From a virus: a DNA stretch of 64,000 nt. Below are positions 47,690 to 58,400 of the stretch, piece after piece. Under the pieces are notes generated by a model. The model ran no database searches. It was not told the origin of the DNA and was given only the letters and a program-made list of their open reading frames with translations. Within the stretch, counting starts at the first letter, position 1. Every line of letters starts with the position of its first letter. Both the position numbers and the translations under genes were made by a program. The stretch is taken from positions 20,061 to 84,060 of the IMG/VR virus record IMGVR_UViG_3300032284_001133, one strand, 5' to 3'.

Positions 47690-50600
47690 ATGGCATTCAA
47701 TAAAGATTTTATTGTCAAGCAAGGCATAGTAATTGAAGGTACAGCAACTACCTATTCAACAAATTCGGGTTCATTAATAGTTGGTGGCGGAGCCGGAGTC
47801 GGCCAAAATTTATATGTCAACAATGCTTTTGTAAGATCTGGCAATACAATCGTAGGAGGTCCTAACGGAGATTTTCAACTAGGTGGAGGCATTTCTTCAC
47901 TAGGTGCATATTATTTAGATCCTGTAACAAACGGTACCACTGACTTTTCTATAATTAATTATTTAGGTACTGCTACATTAGATGTAGTTAATACTAGTAT
48001 TATCAATAATGCTGTTGCATTATATATTGACGGATCTGTCAATACAGGAAGTAATAATATATCGATTGTTAATACATGGTCAGTATACATAAACAGCGGT
48101 AATATGTACTTAGGAGGTACCAGTGTAAACACACAAACTCCTGGAGGTAACGCATTAATCGTACAAGGCGGTATTAGTGGTAAAGGTTTATACATAACCG
48201 GCGGTGGTACATTATTTGGAAATTTTAATTTAAATGGTAGCCCGGTTTTAACAAAAGCAACTCAAAACGCAGGTAATCAAACATTCTCTGGTGATGTTGA
48301 ATTTACAACAAGTACACAATCTACTTCTCCTATCACAGGCGGCGTTAAAATAGATGGCGGTTTAGGTGTTCAAGGAAATATTTTTCTTGGAGGAACACTA
48401 GGTGCTACTACAGGTACATTTTCTTCATTACTAAATTCAACTAGTACAACTACTGGCGCATTAATATTAGCCGGTGGTATTGGTATTGGACAAGATTTAT
48501 ACGCCAGTAATGGATATTTTGTTTCTGGCAACGCTACAACTGGATCGGTTGCAGGTAATAGTTTAGAAGTTACCAATGGTGGCGGCTTAGGAGTTAGCGG
48601 AAGTGCTTTAATTCAAGGCCAGGTAGTTATTACAAATTCTACACCTTCTGCATTAAATGTTGCAGGTGGCGCATCTATCGGTAATACATTAAATGTATCT
48701 GACATCAATATTACAGATTCATCTTCTGCTACTTCGGCAATTAATGCTCCATTAACTGTAGCAGGTGGTGTTGGTATTAGTGGTAATGTTATTATTGCTA
48801 GTACAGAAGCAAGCACAGGAACAACAGCAAGTAACGCTTTGTATGTTGCAGGTGGAGTTGGCATCGGTGAGTCGTTAGTAGTTGGCGGAGATACTGTACT
48901 TTTAGGTAGTTTGACATTATTAAATGTTGGAACACAGTTAACAGTTAATAGTACACAGACAAGCATTGTTGATCCGGTAATTGATCTTGGTACAAATGTA
49001 AACAATACTCCATTAACAACATTTGATGTTTTTGATAAAGGTATCATAATACATTATAATGATGGACCAACTTCTTCTACAGATAATCATGCATTTATGG
49101 GATATGAACATACTCAAGGTAGGTTCATGTTCAAGAAAAATATATACCCAGGTGGTATTGAACAATTTCCAGTAACAGATTTAATAGATACAGGAACATA
49201 CGCTACTTTAGATGCAGGAACGATAAACCTTTCTGATACAACAAGTGCAGGAACAGGTACAGGTGCAATTACTGTAGCTGGTGGTGTTAGCATAAGTGAA
49301 AATATTTACGTTAGCGGAAACACCAGTACATTTGTTGGAACTAACTTTAATTTAAAAGGCATCGACGGCAATACGTTACAGTTACCAAACGGTGGAATTG
49401 GTGCCCAATACCTGTTTATTGCTACTTCTGCAACAATCAACGGCGCAAATATTCTTACTACTGCTACAGCTAACGGTAATATCGGCGGAGTATTTACGGC
49501 ATCGTTTACGTTTATTAATGGTGCAGAATCAAATAGCACAGATACAGGTGCGGTAGTTATTAAACATGGTTTAGGTGTTGGCGGAAATGTTAATGTTGGC
49601 GGTAATTTTGTTACCACTGGAACTGCTTACATATGGTCTACTCTAAATTCTACATCAACATTTACTGGCGCTCTAGTAGTACAAGGCGGTGTGGGTATTG
49701 GCCAAGATGTAAACATAGGTGGAAATTTAGAAACAACAGGAACAGTTTACATATGGTCTAATTTAAATTCGATGAGTACCACAACTGGCTCTTTAGTAGT
49801 AGGTGGTGGTGTTGGCCTTGGCGGAGATGTTTATATTGGCGGCACATTATTTTATTCTAATACCTTAGATATTATAAGCACACAAAATTCGACAAGTACA
49901 ACAACTGGAGCTTTAGTTGTCAGCGGCGGTGTTGGTATTGGTGAAAATTTAAACGTTGGCGGAATTATTAATGCCACAACCGCAAATTTATTCACAATAA
50001 ATCTTACAGGTGGTGTAGATTCTATATCAACTACAACAGGTGATTTGACTGTAACCGGTGGAGTAGGTATTGGTCAAGATGTAAACATAGGTGGTTATGT
50101 AACAGTAGGTTCTACAGCAACATCATATGCTACTACAGCTGGAGCATTGACTGTACAAGGTGGAGTTGGCGTTGGTGGCAATTTATATGTTGCAGGTAGT
50201 ATTGTACGAACTGGAAACATAATGAATCCGGCTTGGGGTACTTCAGGCCAAGGGTTACAATTAACCTCAGCAGTTTATACAGATCTAACATCAATTGGCG
50301 GAAACGCAGGACAAATTGCTGTACATTCAATTGGCCAACCAACAATTATAGGTTCAAATGCTCCTACATGGAGCGATGCGGCTACTCTATATATCGATAA
50401 TGCTCCATTAATCAGCGGTTTGGCTACTGCAACAGGTGTTTGGTCATTATTTGTTAATAACGGACAGGTAAAATTAGCTTCATCTTCTATTAATAACGGA
50501 ACAACAAATACAGGTGCCTTGCAAGTTATAGGAGGCGTTGGTGTTGGTGGTAATATTACATCCGGCGGAACAGTAAAAGGACATCAACTACAGGTTGATA

Positions 50601-50944
50601 ATAATGTTATTACTTCTCCTGCATTATCAGGAATTACTACAAATAGTCCTCAGGCACTTGATATTTTTGTTGGAAATACATTTAGGACTGCAAAATATCT
50701 TGTACAAATTAACGATCAAGGTACTCCTAATTTATTCCATGTTGCTGAAGTTGTAGTTGCCTATGACGGTAGCGGATCTTCAAGCGGTGTTTACATAAGC
50801 CAATATGGTCTTGTAACAAATACTGGTGAATTAGGTACATTTGATGTAGCGTATAGCGGCGGATTTATCACGCTAACCTTTACACCAAACTATACTCCTA
50901 CAAATATGGATATTCAAGCCATTAGAATGGCCATTACCTCCTAA
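47690..50944 (+). CDS. Putative fibre protein with STSTTTGALxVxGGVGIG repeats
   Basis: N-terminal KDFIVKQG, many GALxVxGGVGIG repeats, and the same C-terminal domain type as 45956..47674 (FRTAKYLVQI...VYISQYG). Confidence 0.78.
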   Translation: MAFNKDFIVKQGIVIEGTATTYSTNSGSLIVGGGAGVGQNLYVNNAFVRSGNTIVGGPNGDFQLGGGISSLGAYYLDPVTNGTTDFSIINYLGTATLDVVNTSIINNAVALYIDGSVNTGSNNISIVNTWSVYINSGNMYLGGTSVNTQTPGGNALIVQGGISGKGLYITGGGTLFGNFNLNGSPVLTKATQNAGNQTFSGDVEFTTSTQSTSPITGGVKIDGGLGVQGNIFLGGTLGATTGTFSSLLNSTSTTTGALILAGGIGIGQDLYASNGYFVSGNATTGSVAGNSLEVTNGGGLGVSGSALIQGQVVITNSTPSALNVAGGASIGNTLNVSDINITDSSSATSAINAPLTVAGGVGISGNVIIASTEASTGTTASNALYVAGGVGIGESLVVGGDTVLLGSLTLLNVGTQLTVNSTQTSIVDPVIDLGTNVNNTPLTTFDVFDKGIIIHYNDGPTSSTDNHAFMGYEHTQGRFMFKKNIYPGGIEQFPVTDLIDTGTYATLDAGTINLSDTTSAGTGTGAITVAGGVSISENIYVSGNTSTFVGTNFNLKGIDGNTLQLPNGGIGAQYLFIATSATINGANILTTATANGNIGGVFTASFTFINGAESNSTDTGAVVIKHGLGVGGNVNVGGNFVTTGTAYIWSTLNSTSTFTGALVVQGGVGIGQDVNIGGNLETTGTVYIWSNLNSMSTTTGSLVVGGGVGLGGDVYIGGTLFYSNTLDIISTQNSTSTTTGALVVSGGVGIGENLNVGGIINATTANLFTINLTGGVDSISTTTGDLTVTGGVGIGQDVNIGGYVTVGSTATSYATTAGALTVQGGVGVGGNLYVAGSIVRTGNIMNPAWGTSGQGLQLTSAVYTDLTSIGGNAGQIAVHSIGQPTIIGSNAPTWSDAATLYIDNAPLISGLATATGVWSLFVNNGQVKLASSSINNGTTNTGALQVIGGVGVGGNITSGGTVKGHQLQVDNNVITSPALSGITTNSPQALDIFVGNTFRTAKYLVQINDQGTPNLFHVAEVVVAYDGSGSSSGVYISQYGLVTNTGELGTFDVAYSGGFITLTFTPNYTPTNMDIQAIRMAITS

Positions 50945-50955
50945 TTAACCATAAT

Positions 50956-50985
50956 TTTGTATTTGAATAAATACTCAAATACAAA
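50956..50985 (+). promoter_or_regulatory. Perfect 11-bp inverted repeat with the TAAATA late box in its loop
   Basis: TTTGTATTTGA-ATAAATAC-TCAAATACAAA. Confidence 0.6.
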
Positions 50986-51014
50986 GACAGCCGTCATGTG
51001 GAAAGGGAAACTGA

Positions 51015-52406
51015 ATGGCACAACTTGATTTCGTCGTTAAAAACGGCCTAGTAGTTCTTAACGGACAACGGGTCGAATCAACAAGCACTAATACAGGTGC
51101 GGCTATTGTTGCGGGCGGATTAGGTGTCAGCGGTAACATCAATCTTGGTAAAAATCTTACAGTTAACGGATTTAGTACCTTACAAAAAGATGTATATGTT
51201 GGCGGCAATCTAGCAGTTCAATTAAATCAAATCAATACTGGTACTATAACAGTACTGAATACAACCAATTCTACAGGTTCAGCGTTTGGAGCATTAGTAG
51301 TTGCAGGAGGTATTGGTATCGGAGGTGATACCTATGCAACAGGTGATGTAAACGTAGGTAATAATGCAAATATTACCGGCAACGCAAATATTACCGGCAA
51401 CGCAAATATTACCGGCAATTTAATTGCCAATATCATTACAGCAACTACAGCGGTAATTACATCTGAAACTGTTACATATTCTAATATTACTACTGCAAGC
51501 ATTTCAACTGCTACAATTAGTAATCTAATTGTATCTGTTAGTGAAACAAATAACGGATCATTAACAGTTGCAGGTCTTGTTAATTTTAATAATAATACTA
51601 ACTCAACATCAACAACAACCGGTGCATTAATTGTTAGCGGAGGAGTTAGTATTGTAAAAGATTTAAATGTTGGCGGAAATATTGTAGCTCAAGGAAATGT
51701 TGTTGCTAATGGTAACATTGTATTAGGTAAATCTACAAGTACAGATACGTTAACATTAGACGCAGAAGTTAACTCTGATATTATTCCTGCATCAACTGGA
51801 ACATTTAATATTGGTAGTAGCACTCTTCCTTGGAATAGAGTATGGGCAGAAAGTGCAAGATTAATAGGCGGTGTAGATGCAAGTAGTACTACAACCGGTG
51901 ACCTAGTAGTATCAGGCGGTGTAGGTATTGGTGGTACGTTGTGGGCTACTAATGCGTATGTTAATGGACAGTTAGTTGTTACAAACGCAAACTTGGTAAA
52001 CTATGGTGTTGCCGTAATCAATGCAGGCACAGATACTGCGGTAAGTAGTTCGAGCGGTATTGTAACATTATGGGATACCAGCACATTAAAATCAGTTACA
52101 AGTAGAGGTTCAGAAACAACGTCTACAATAAGTATTACAAACACAACATCGAGTACAAGCACAACTACTGGTGCATTAACAGTGGCAGGTGGCGTCGGCG
52201 TTCAGGGAGATATACATGCAAGCGGAAACATTTATAGTTTGCAAGGATCTCCATTAGCTAATATAAAAGTTATAATTTCTTTAACTCCTCCCACAACTGC
52301 AACAAACAATGTTGGAGATTTTTGGATTGATCCGAGTATTGGCGTAGAATATCAATGGGTACAAGATGGATCAAATTTTTATTGGATACAATTTACAGGT
52401 GTATAA
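51015..52406 (+). CDS. Putative fibre protein
   Basis: N-terminal DFVVKNGL, GALxVxGG repeats, C-terminal PP...GDFWIDP...QWVQDG...WIQ module. Confidence 0.78.
   Translation: MAQLDFVVKNGLVVLNGQRVESTSTNTGAAIVAGGLGVSGNINLGKNLTVNGFSTLQKDVYVGGNLAVQLNQINTGTITVLNTTNSTGSAFGALVVAGGIGIGGDTYATGDVNVGNNANITGNANITGNANITGNLIANIITATTAVITSETVTYSNITTASISTATISNLIVSVSETNNGSLTVAGLVNFNNNTNSTSTTTGALIVSGGVSIVKDLNVGGNIVAQGNVVANGNIVLGKSTSTDTLTLDAEVNSDIIPASTGTFNIGSSTLPWNRVWAESARLIGGVDASSTTTGDLVVSGGVGIGGTLWATNAYVNGQLVVTNANLVNYGVAVINAGTDTAVSSSSGIVTLWDTSTLKSVTSRGSETTSTISITNTTSSTSTTTGALTVAGGVGVQGDIHASGNIYSLQGSPLANIKVIISLTPPTTATNNVGDFWIDPSIGVEYQWVQDGSNFYWIQFTGV
51363..51416 (+). repeat. 18-nt coding tandem repeat x3 (NANITG)
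   Basis: AA(T/C)GCAAATATTACCGGC three times. Confidence 0.9.
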
Positions 52407-52409
52407 GAT

Positions 52410-55400
52410 ATGGCAACACTAGGCTTTCCTTCAAACCCCAATATAGGTGATACCTATACATTAGGTACCCGTACCTGGGTATGGAACGGTAACGGCTGGC
52501 AGTTGCAAAGCGGAATTACTAGTTTTGATCCGTTTACTGCAAACAGAATTATTGTTACTACCAGTACAAATTCTACATCAACTACAACAGGTGGATTAGT
52601 TGTATACGGTGGTGCAGGCATTGGAGAAAATTTATGGGTAGGCGGTGATACTACAATACGAGGTAGTGCAACATTTGGTGGTCCTGTATATTTTAACGGT
52701 ACAGCCACTTACATTTTTAGTACAAATACCTATTATACTGATAACATTATTGATTTGCATGTTCCTCCTACTGGTGTTGACGGACAATGGTCTTTTGACG
52801 ATACTAAGGATATTGGTTTACGTTTCCATTATTATAATCGCTCATTATCAACTGATTCAAATGCGGCACTTATATTAGCCGACGACAGTCAAAATTTAGA
52901 ATGGTACGGCACAGGAATAGAAACTTTTGGAGATTTCACCAGTGCAACTTATGGTACATTTAAAACCGGTTCTATTATACTAGTTAGTACAACGACATCA
53001 TATTCTTCTACATCGGGCGCATTAACTGTAACTGGTGGTGTTGGCATTGGTGGAAATTTATATGCTAACGGTATCTATGACAATAACACTCGAGTAATCA
53101 GCCAAATTAATGTAGGTTTAGGATTAGGTGAAAGTGCGGCTAATGGTCCGATAATAACTTTAACCAACACTGGTGTTTTATCTTTATTTGGAACATCGGA
53201 TATTAGTATAACTACATCTACTGGTAATATTATAGTATCAAATACTAGTACACTACAAAGTATAACTAGTAGAGGTGCAATAACTGATAGAATAATTACC
53301 CTTACAAATACCAGTGGGTCAAATAGTACAACAACAGGTGCATTATTAATAGCAGGGGGTGTTGGTGTAGGCGGCAATTTATATGCTACTGCAATATATG
53401 ATAACAACAGTCGTGTTCTAACACAAGCAACTATTGGCAATTTTGGTGTAACATCATTAACTGCTGGTACAGATACAGCAATAAGCACAGCAACTGGACC
53501 AGTTGTTGTCTGGACAACTAGCACACTACAAAGTGTGACCAGCAGAGGTGCAATAACACCTAGTGCTATTACTATTACAAACTCGGCTTCTAGTACAAGT
53601 ACAACAACTGGTGCATTGGTTATAACCGGAGGTGTTGGAATAGGTGGCAACGTATATGCTAACTTTATCTACGGAAATTCATTATACGACAGCGGTAATA
53701 GAGTTGTAACTCAAGTTATTCCTTATGCTGGTCCTGCAATTGGTATTACTAATCTAACAACTAGCGGACCTCAAGCATCATTTACGATTCTTAACTTAGG
53801 TGTTCAAGCAATTACTACAGGTAGTGGAATTGCTATTAGTACATCAACGGGTACTGTTAATATTGCCAGTGTTGACACTTTACAATTAGTAACAAATAGA
53901 GGTGCTACAACTAATAATGCCATTAACATAACTAATACAACTCCAAGCGTTGATACAACATCGGGTGCATTAGTAATTACAGGTGGTGTTGGTGTTGGTG
54001 GATCACTTTATGGTAGTGCATTGTTTGACGATGGCAGTCGTGTTCTTACTCAAGCATCTATTGGTAGTTATGGTGTTACAAGTTTAACAGCAGGAACAGA
54101 TACTGCTGTTAGCTCATCAACTGGTGCTGTGATAATATGGAATACTAGTACATTAGACAGTGTAACTAGACGAGGCAACTCAACTACTGCTACCGTTGTA
54201 TTTGCAAACACATCATCCAGTTCTGTTGCAATATTGGGAGGATTATTTGTTGCTGGTAATGAAATAGTAGGTGGAAATCTTATCACTACAGGTACATTAA
54301 TTGTACAATCTCCATTATCAAGTGTAGGAACAAATAGCGGTGCATTACAAGTTGCTGGCGGTGTCGGCATTGCTGGTGCAACATACCACGGTGGCAATGT
54401 TAAAATTTTAAGTACAACCAGTGCAACAAGTACACTAACTGGTGCATTACAAGTTGCCGGCGGTGTTGGGGTACAGGGCGATTTGTTTATTGGCGGTGCA
54501 TTTATCTATGCTGGTCAATTGTACGATACTGGTGCTCGTGTCATTACAACGGGAACTATTTCTCAATACGCAGTTACAACATTAACTGCTGGTACAGATA
54601 CTGCGGTAAGTGCGTCAACTGGCCCTGTAATTATTTGGAATACAAGTACATTGGCTTCTATTACAAGTCGAGGTGCAACTACTCCTAATATTATCACAAT
54701 TACAAATACTACAACAAATACTGCAACAAGTTTTACATCAGGTAATGCGTTAATTGTTGCTGGTAGTATTGGTGCTAATAGTATTAATTTAAGTGCATCT
54801 AGTTATATTAATGGAGCACAGATTCTTACAACAGTTACCGGTATTATTTCAGCATTTAACGGTGGAACAATTGGTAATCCATTAATTATCGCTACAGGTA
54901 CACAATCAGTATCAACTAGTACAGGTGCATTAGTAGTTAATGGTGGAGTAGGCATTGGAGGCAATTTATGGGTAGGTGGTACTACTAATTTTGAAGGTAA
55001 TGTAATTTTTAATGGTACTGCTACATACGTATTTGCTTCGCAAAACTATTATACAGAAAATTTAATTATCTTACATGCTACAACAAGCACAACAGGTGAA
55101 AACAGTTGGACATTTGATGACGGCAAAGATGTAGGTATTATAGGAGATTACTACAATACAGATCTTAATACCGCTACACAATTCTTTATGGGTTGGAGAC
55201 ACGGTACAGGCAGTTTTGAATTTTTTGATTTTGGTAGTCAAAACACAGCAGGAAACTTTGTCGGTCTGTACGGGGATATTACAGCAGGCAATTTTTATTC
55301 TCAATCTACTGCAAACAGCATCAGTACAACAACCGGAGCAATTACAACACCAGGCGGAGTTGGTATTGGCAGTAATTTAAATGTAGGCGGAACAGCTTAT

Positions 55401-58400
55401 GTAAAAGGTTCGCCTGTACTAACACTTGCTAATTTAAGTGTTAGCACATTGACATTCTATGTATCTGTTAGTAACGGTAATGACAGCTATAACGGTCTAT
55501 CATCTTTACAACCATTTGCAACACTTGGCAAGGCCTTAAGCGTTGCTTCAAACGGTACTGAAGTCTATGTTGAAGCTGGTACATACACTGAAACATTCCC
55601 ATTAACTGTTCCTGCAGGTGTTACAGTTCGCGGTGCAGGCCTACGTTCTACTATTGTTCAACCTACAAGCATAACCAATACACAAACTGGTTTCTTATTA
55701 AATGGTCAAACTTTAATTAGCGATATTACAGTTAGTAATTTCTATAAACCAGGTTATGGTTTTGCTTTTGCTCCTGGTTGTAATATTACAACAAAGAGTC
55801 CTTACTTACAGCGTGTAAGTGTTATTACAAAAGGTTCTGTACAAACTGCTATAGATCCATATGGTTATGGTTCAGGTAATGCAGGTAACGGTGTTTACTT
55901 AGACGCAAGTGTTCTAGCACCTAACAGTTTAGAACCTGCTATGTTGTTCAACGAAGTAACATTTATTGTTCCAAATGCCACTGGTATGTACATGACTAAC
56001 GGTGTACGTGCAGAATTATTAAATGGTTTCTTCTACTTTGCTAATCAAGCGGTATATGCTACTTCTGGAAATGCAGGTGTTTCCGGAGCAGGTCAGACAA
56101 GACTTAAACTTTCTGGAGTATCCGGTTCATTTAATACAAACGATACTATCAGCTATAGAAACACATCTGGCTCAGTCGTTGCATCTGGTACGATTTCTAA
56201 TGTCGCTAATGGTTACATATATATTAACGGTCCGTCATGGGGCTTTACTGTTGGTAATGCAGTTAATACACAAACTGTTTATTCATCAAGTGGAGGCACA
56301 GCAAGTTATATTTCTTTAGCAGACTATCATCAATTTGGTGCCGAACTTCGTTGTATCGGTAGTGCGGCTGTATTTGGTAATAGCGGTGTTACTGCTAACG
56401 GTACTGGTACTGATTTAAAACTTATTGCGTTCAATATGAGCTTTATTGGCTCGCAGGGAAATTTGACAGACGATGATACATTAACTGTTCAATCAAATGA
56501 AGTTATACAAACTAATGGTGGTGTAGTATACTACCAAACAGTTGACCAAGAAGGTAATTTCCGTGTTGGTAAATTCTTTGAAGTTAATGAAAACACAGGA
56601 GTTGTTTCTTTCTCTACAGCTTCTATTGCATTAACTACTGCGTCAAGTATTACATTAACTGATGGTACAAATTATACTATTTTAACGCCAGGTAACGCTC
56701 AAATTGGTGAAGTTAATATTGGTGGAACTACAGTTGGAACTTTATCAGGTAATTTAAATCTTGCTCCGGCATCCGGGTTAACATCAGTCAACGGCTCTTT
56801 ACAATTATCCGGAACACTAACGGTACCAAGTACAACTCAAGCAGTGAGTACTACGTCAGGTGCGGTTATTGTAACTGGTGGCGTAGGTATTGGTGGTAGC
56901 CTTTACGCAGGAAATATGTTCTCTAACGGTAGCCAAGTACTTACTTACGGTTCACTAGCTTCTGCTGGTGTATCATCAATATTAGCAGGAACTGATATTG
57001 CGGTAAGTTCTTCAACTGGTGTGGTCACAATTAGTAATACCAGTACATTAAATTCTGTATTAAGTCGAGGCAGTTCAACTTATCAAAGCATTAGTATTAC
57101 TGGCACAGGTATCCTTTCTGTAGCAACAACAGTAACAGCTGGACAAGTTTATGATAGCAACGCTCGTGTTGTAACAACGGCAACTATTGCAACTTATGCG
57201 GTAACTAATTTAACAGCAGGTAATGACATATTTGTGTCAACTTCAACTGGTCCTGTAACTATTAGTGATATTAGTACATTTCAAAGTGTAACTAATAGAG
57301 GCGCACAAACTACAAATACTGTATATTTTAATAATACAGGAACTTCGATAGTTGCTTTGGGAGATATTACAGTAACAGGAACCGTTACAGCAGGTTTAAT
57401 TACTACCCCTCTATTTACAGCAACTAACGCTATAATTACCACAGCATCAATTATCTATGCTAATGTTACGACAGCAAGTATTAGTACAGCAACAATCGGG
57501 TCTTTAGTTATTAATACCAATGAAACAGATAACGGAACATTAACTGTTGGCGGTCTTGTTTCATTTACTAACACAAATTCTAGTACATCAACTGTATCTG
57601 GTGCATTAACTGTATCCGGCGGAGTTGGAATTGGCGGTACTCTAAATGCTAGTATAATTGCTACGCCAGTATTAACGGCAACTAACGCTGTAATTACCAC
57701 AGCATCAATTATCTATGCTACCGTTACAACAGCAACTATTAATACAGCGACTATTAGCACAGCAACTATTAATTTTCTAACAGTTTCAGGACTTGCCGCG
57801 TTTACAAATAATACAGCAAGTACAAGTACTCAATCTGGGGCAGTAGTAGTTACAGGTGGAGTCGGAATTGGCGGTACTCTAAATGCTAGTATAATTGCTA
57901 CGCCAGTATTAACGGCAACAAATATTACAGTTTCAACATTAAATGTTGTTACGACCGAAACTGATACAGGTTCTTTAACAGTAGGTGGCATTGTACAATT
58001 TACTAACACTACAAATAGTACAAGTACAACTACAGGTGCAGTTTTAATTACCGGCGGTTTAGGTATACAAGGCAATTTGTATGGCGGTAATATGTATTCT
58101 AATGGTGCTCCTGTATTAACAGGCAGTACATTAGGTGGATTTGGTGTTACAAGTTTAACCGCAGGCACAGATACAGCAGTCAGCACCTCAACTGGTAATG
58201 TGGTAATTTGGAATACCGGTACTTTACAAGGTGTAACAAGTCGTGGTAGTTCTACAAATCAAGCTATTACAATTTCTAACACTACACCTAGCGCAAATAC
58301 AGGTAGCGGTGCATTGATTGTAAGTGGTGGTATTGGTGTAAGTGGTCAAGTTTACTCAACAGGATTTTATTCTATAACTACAGTTGGTACATCGACTGTA

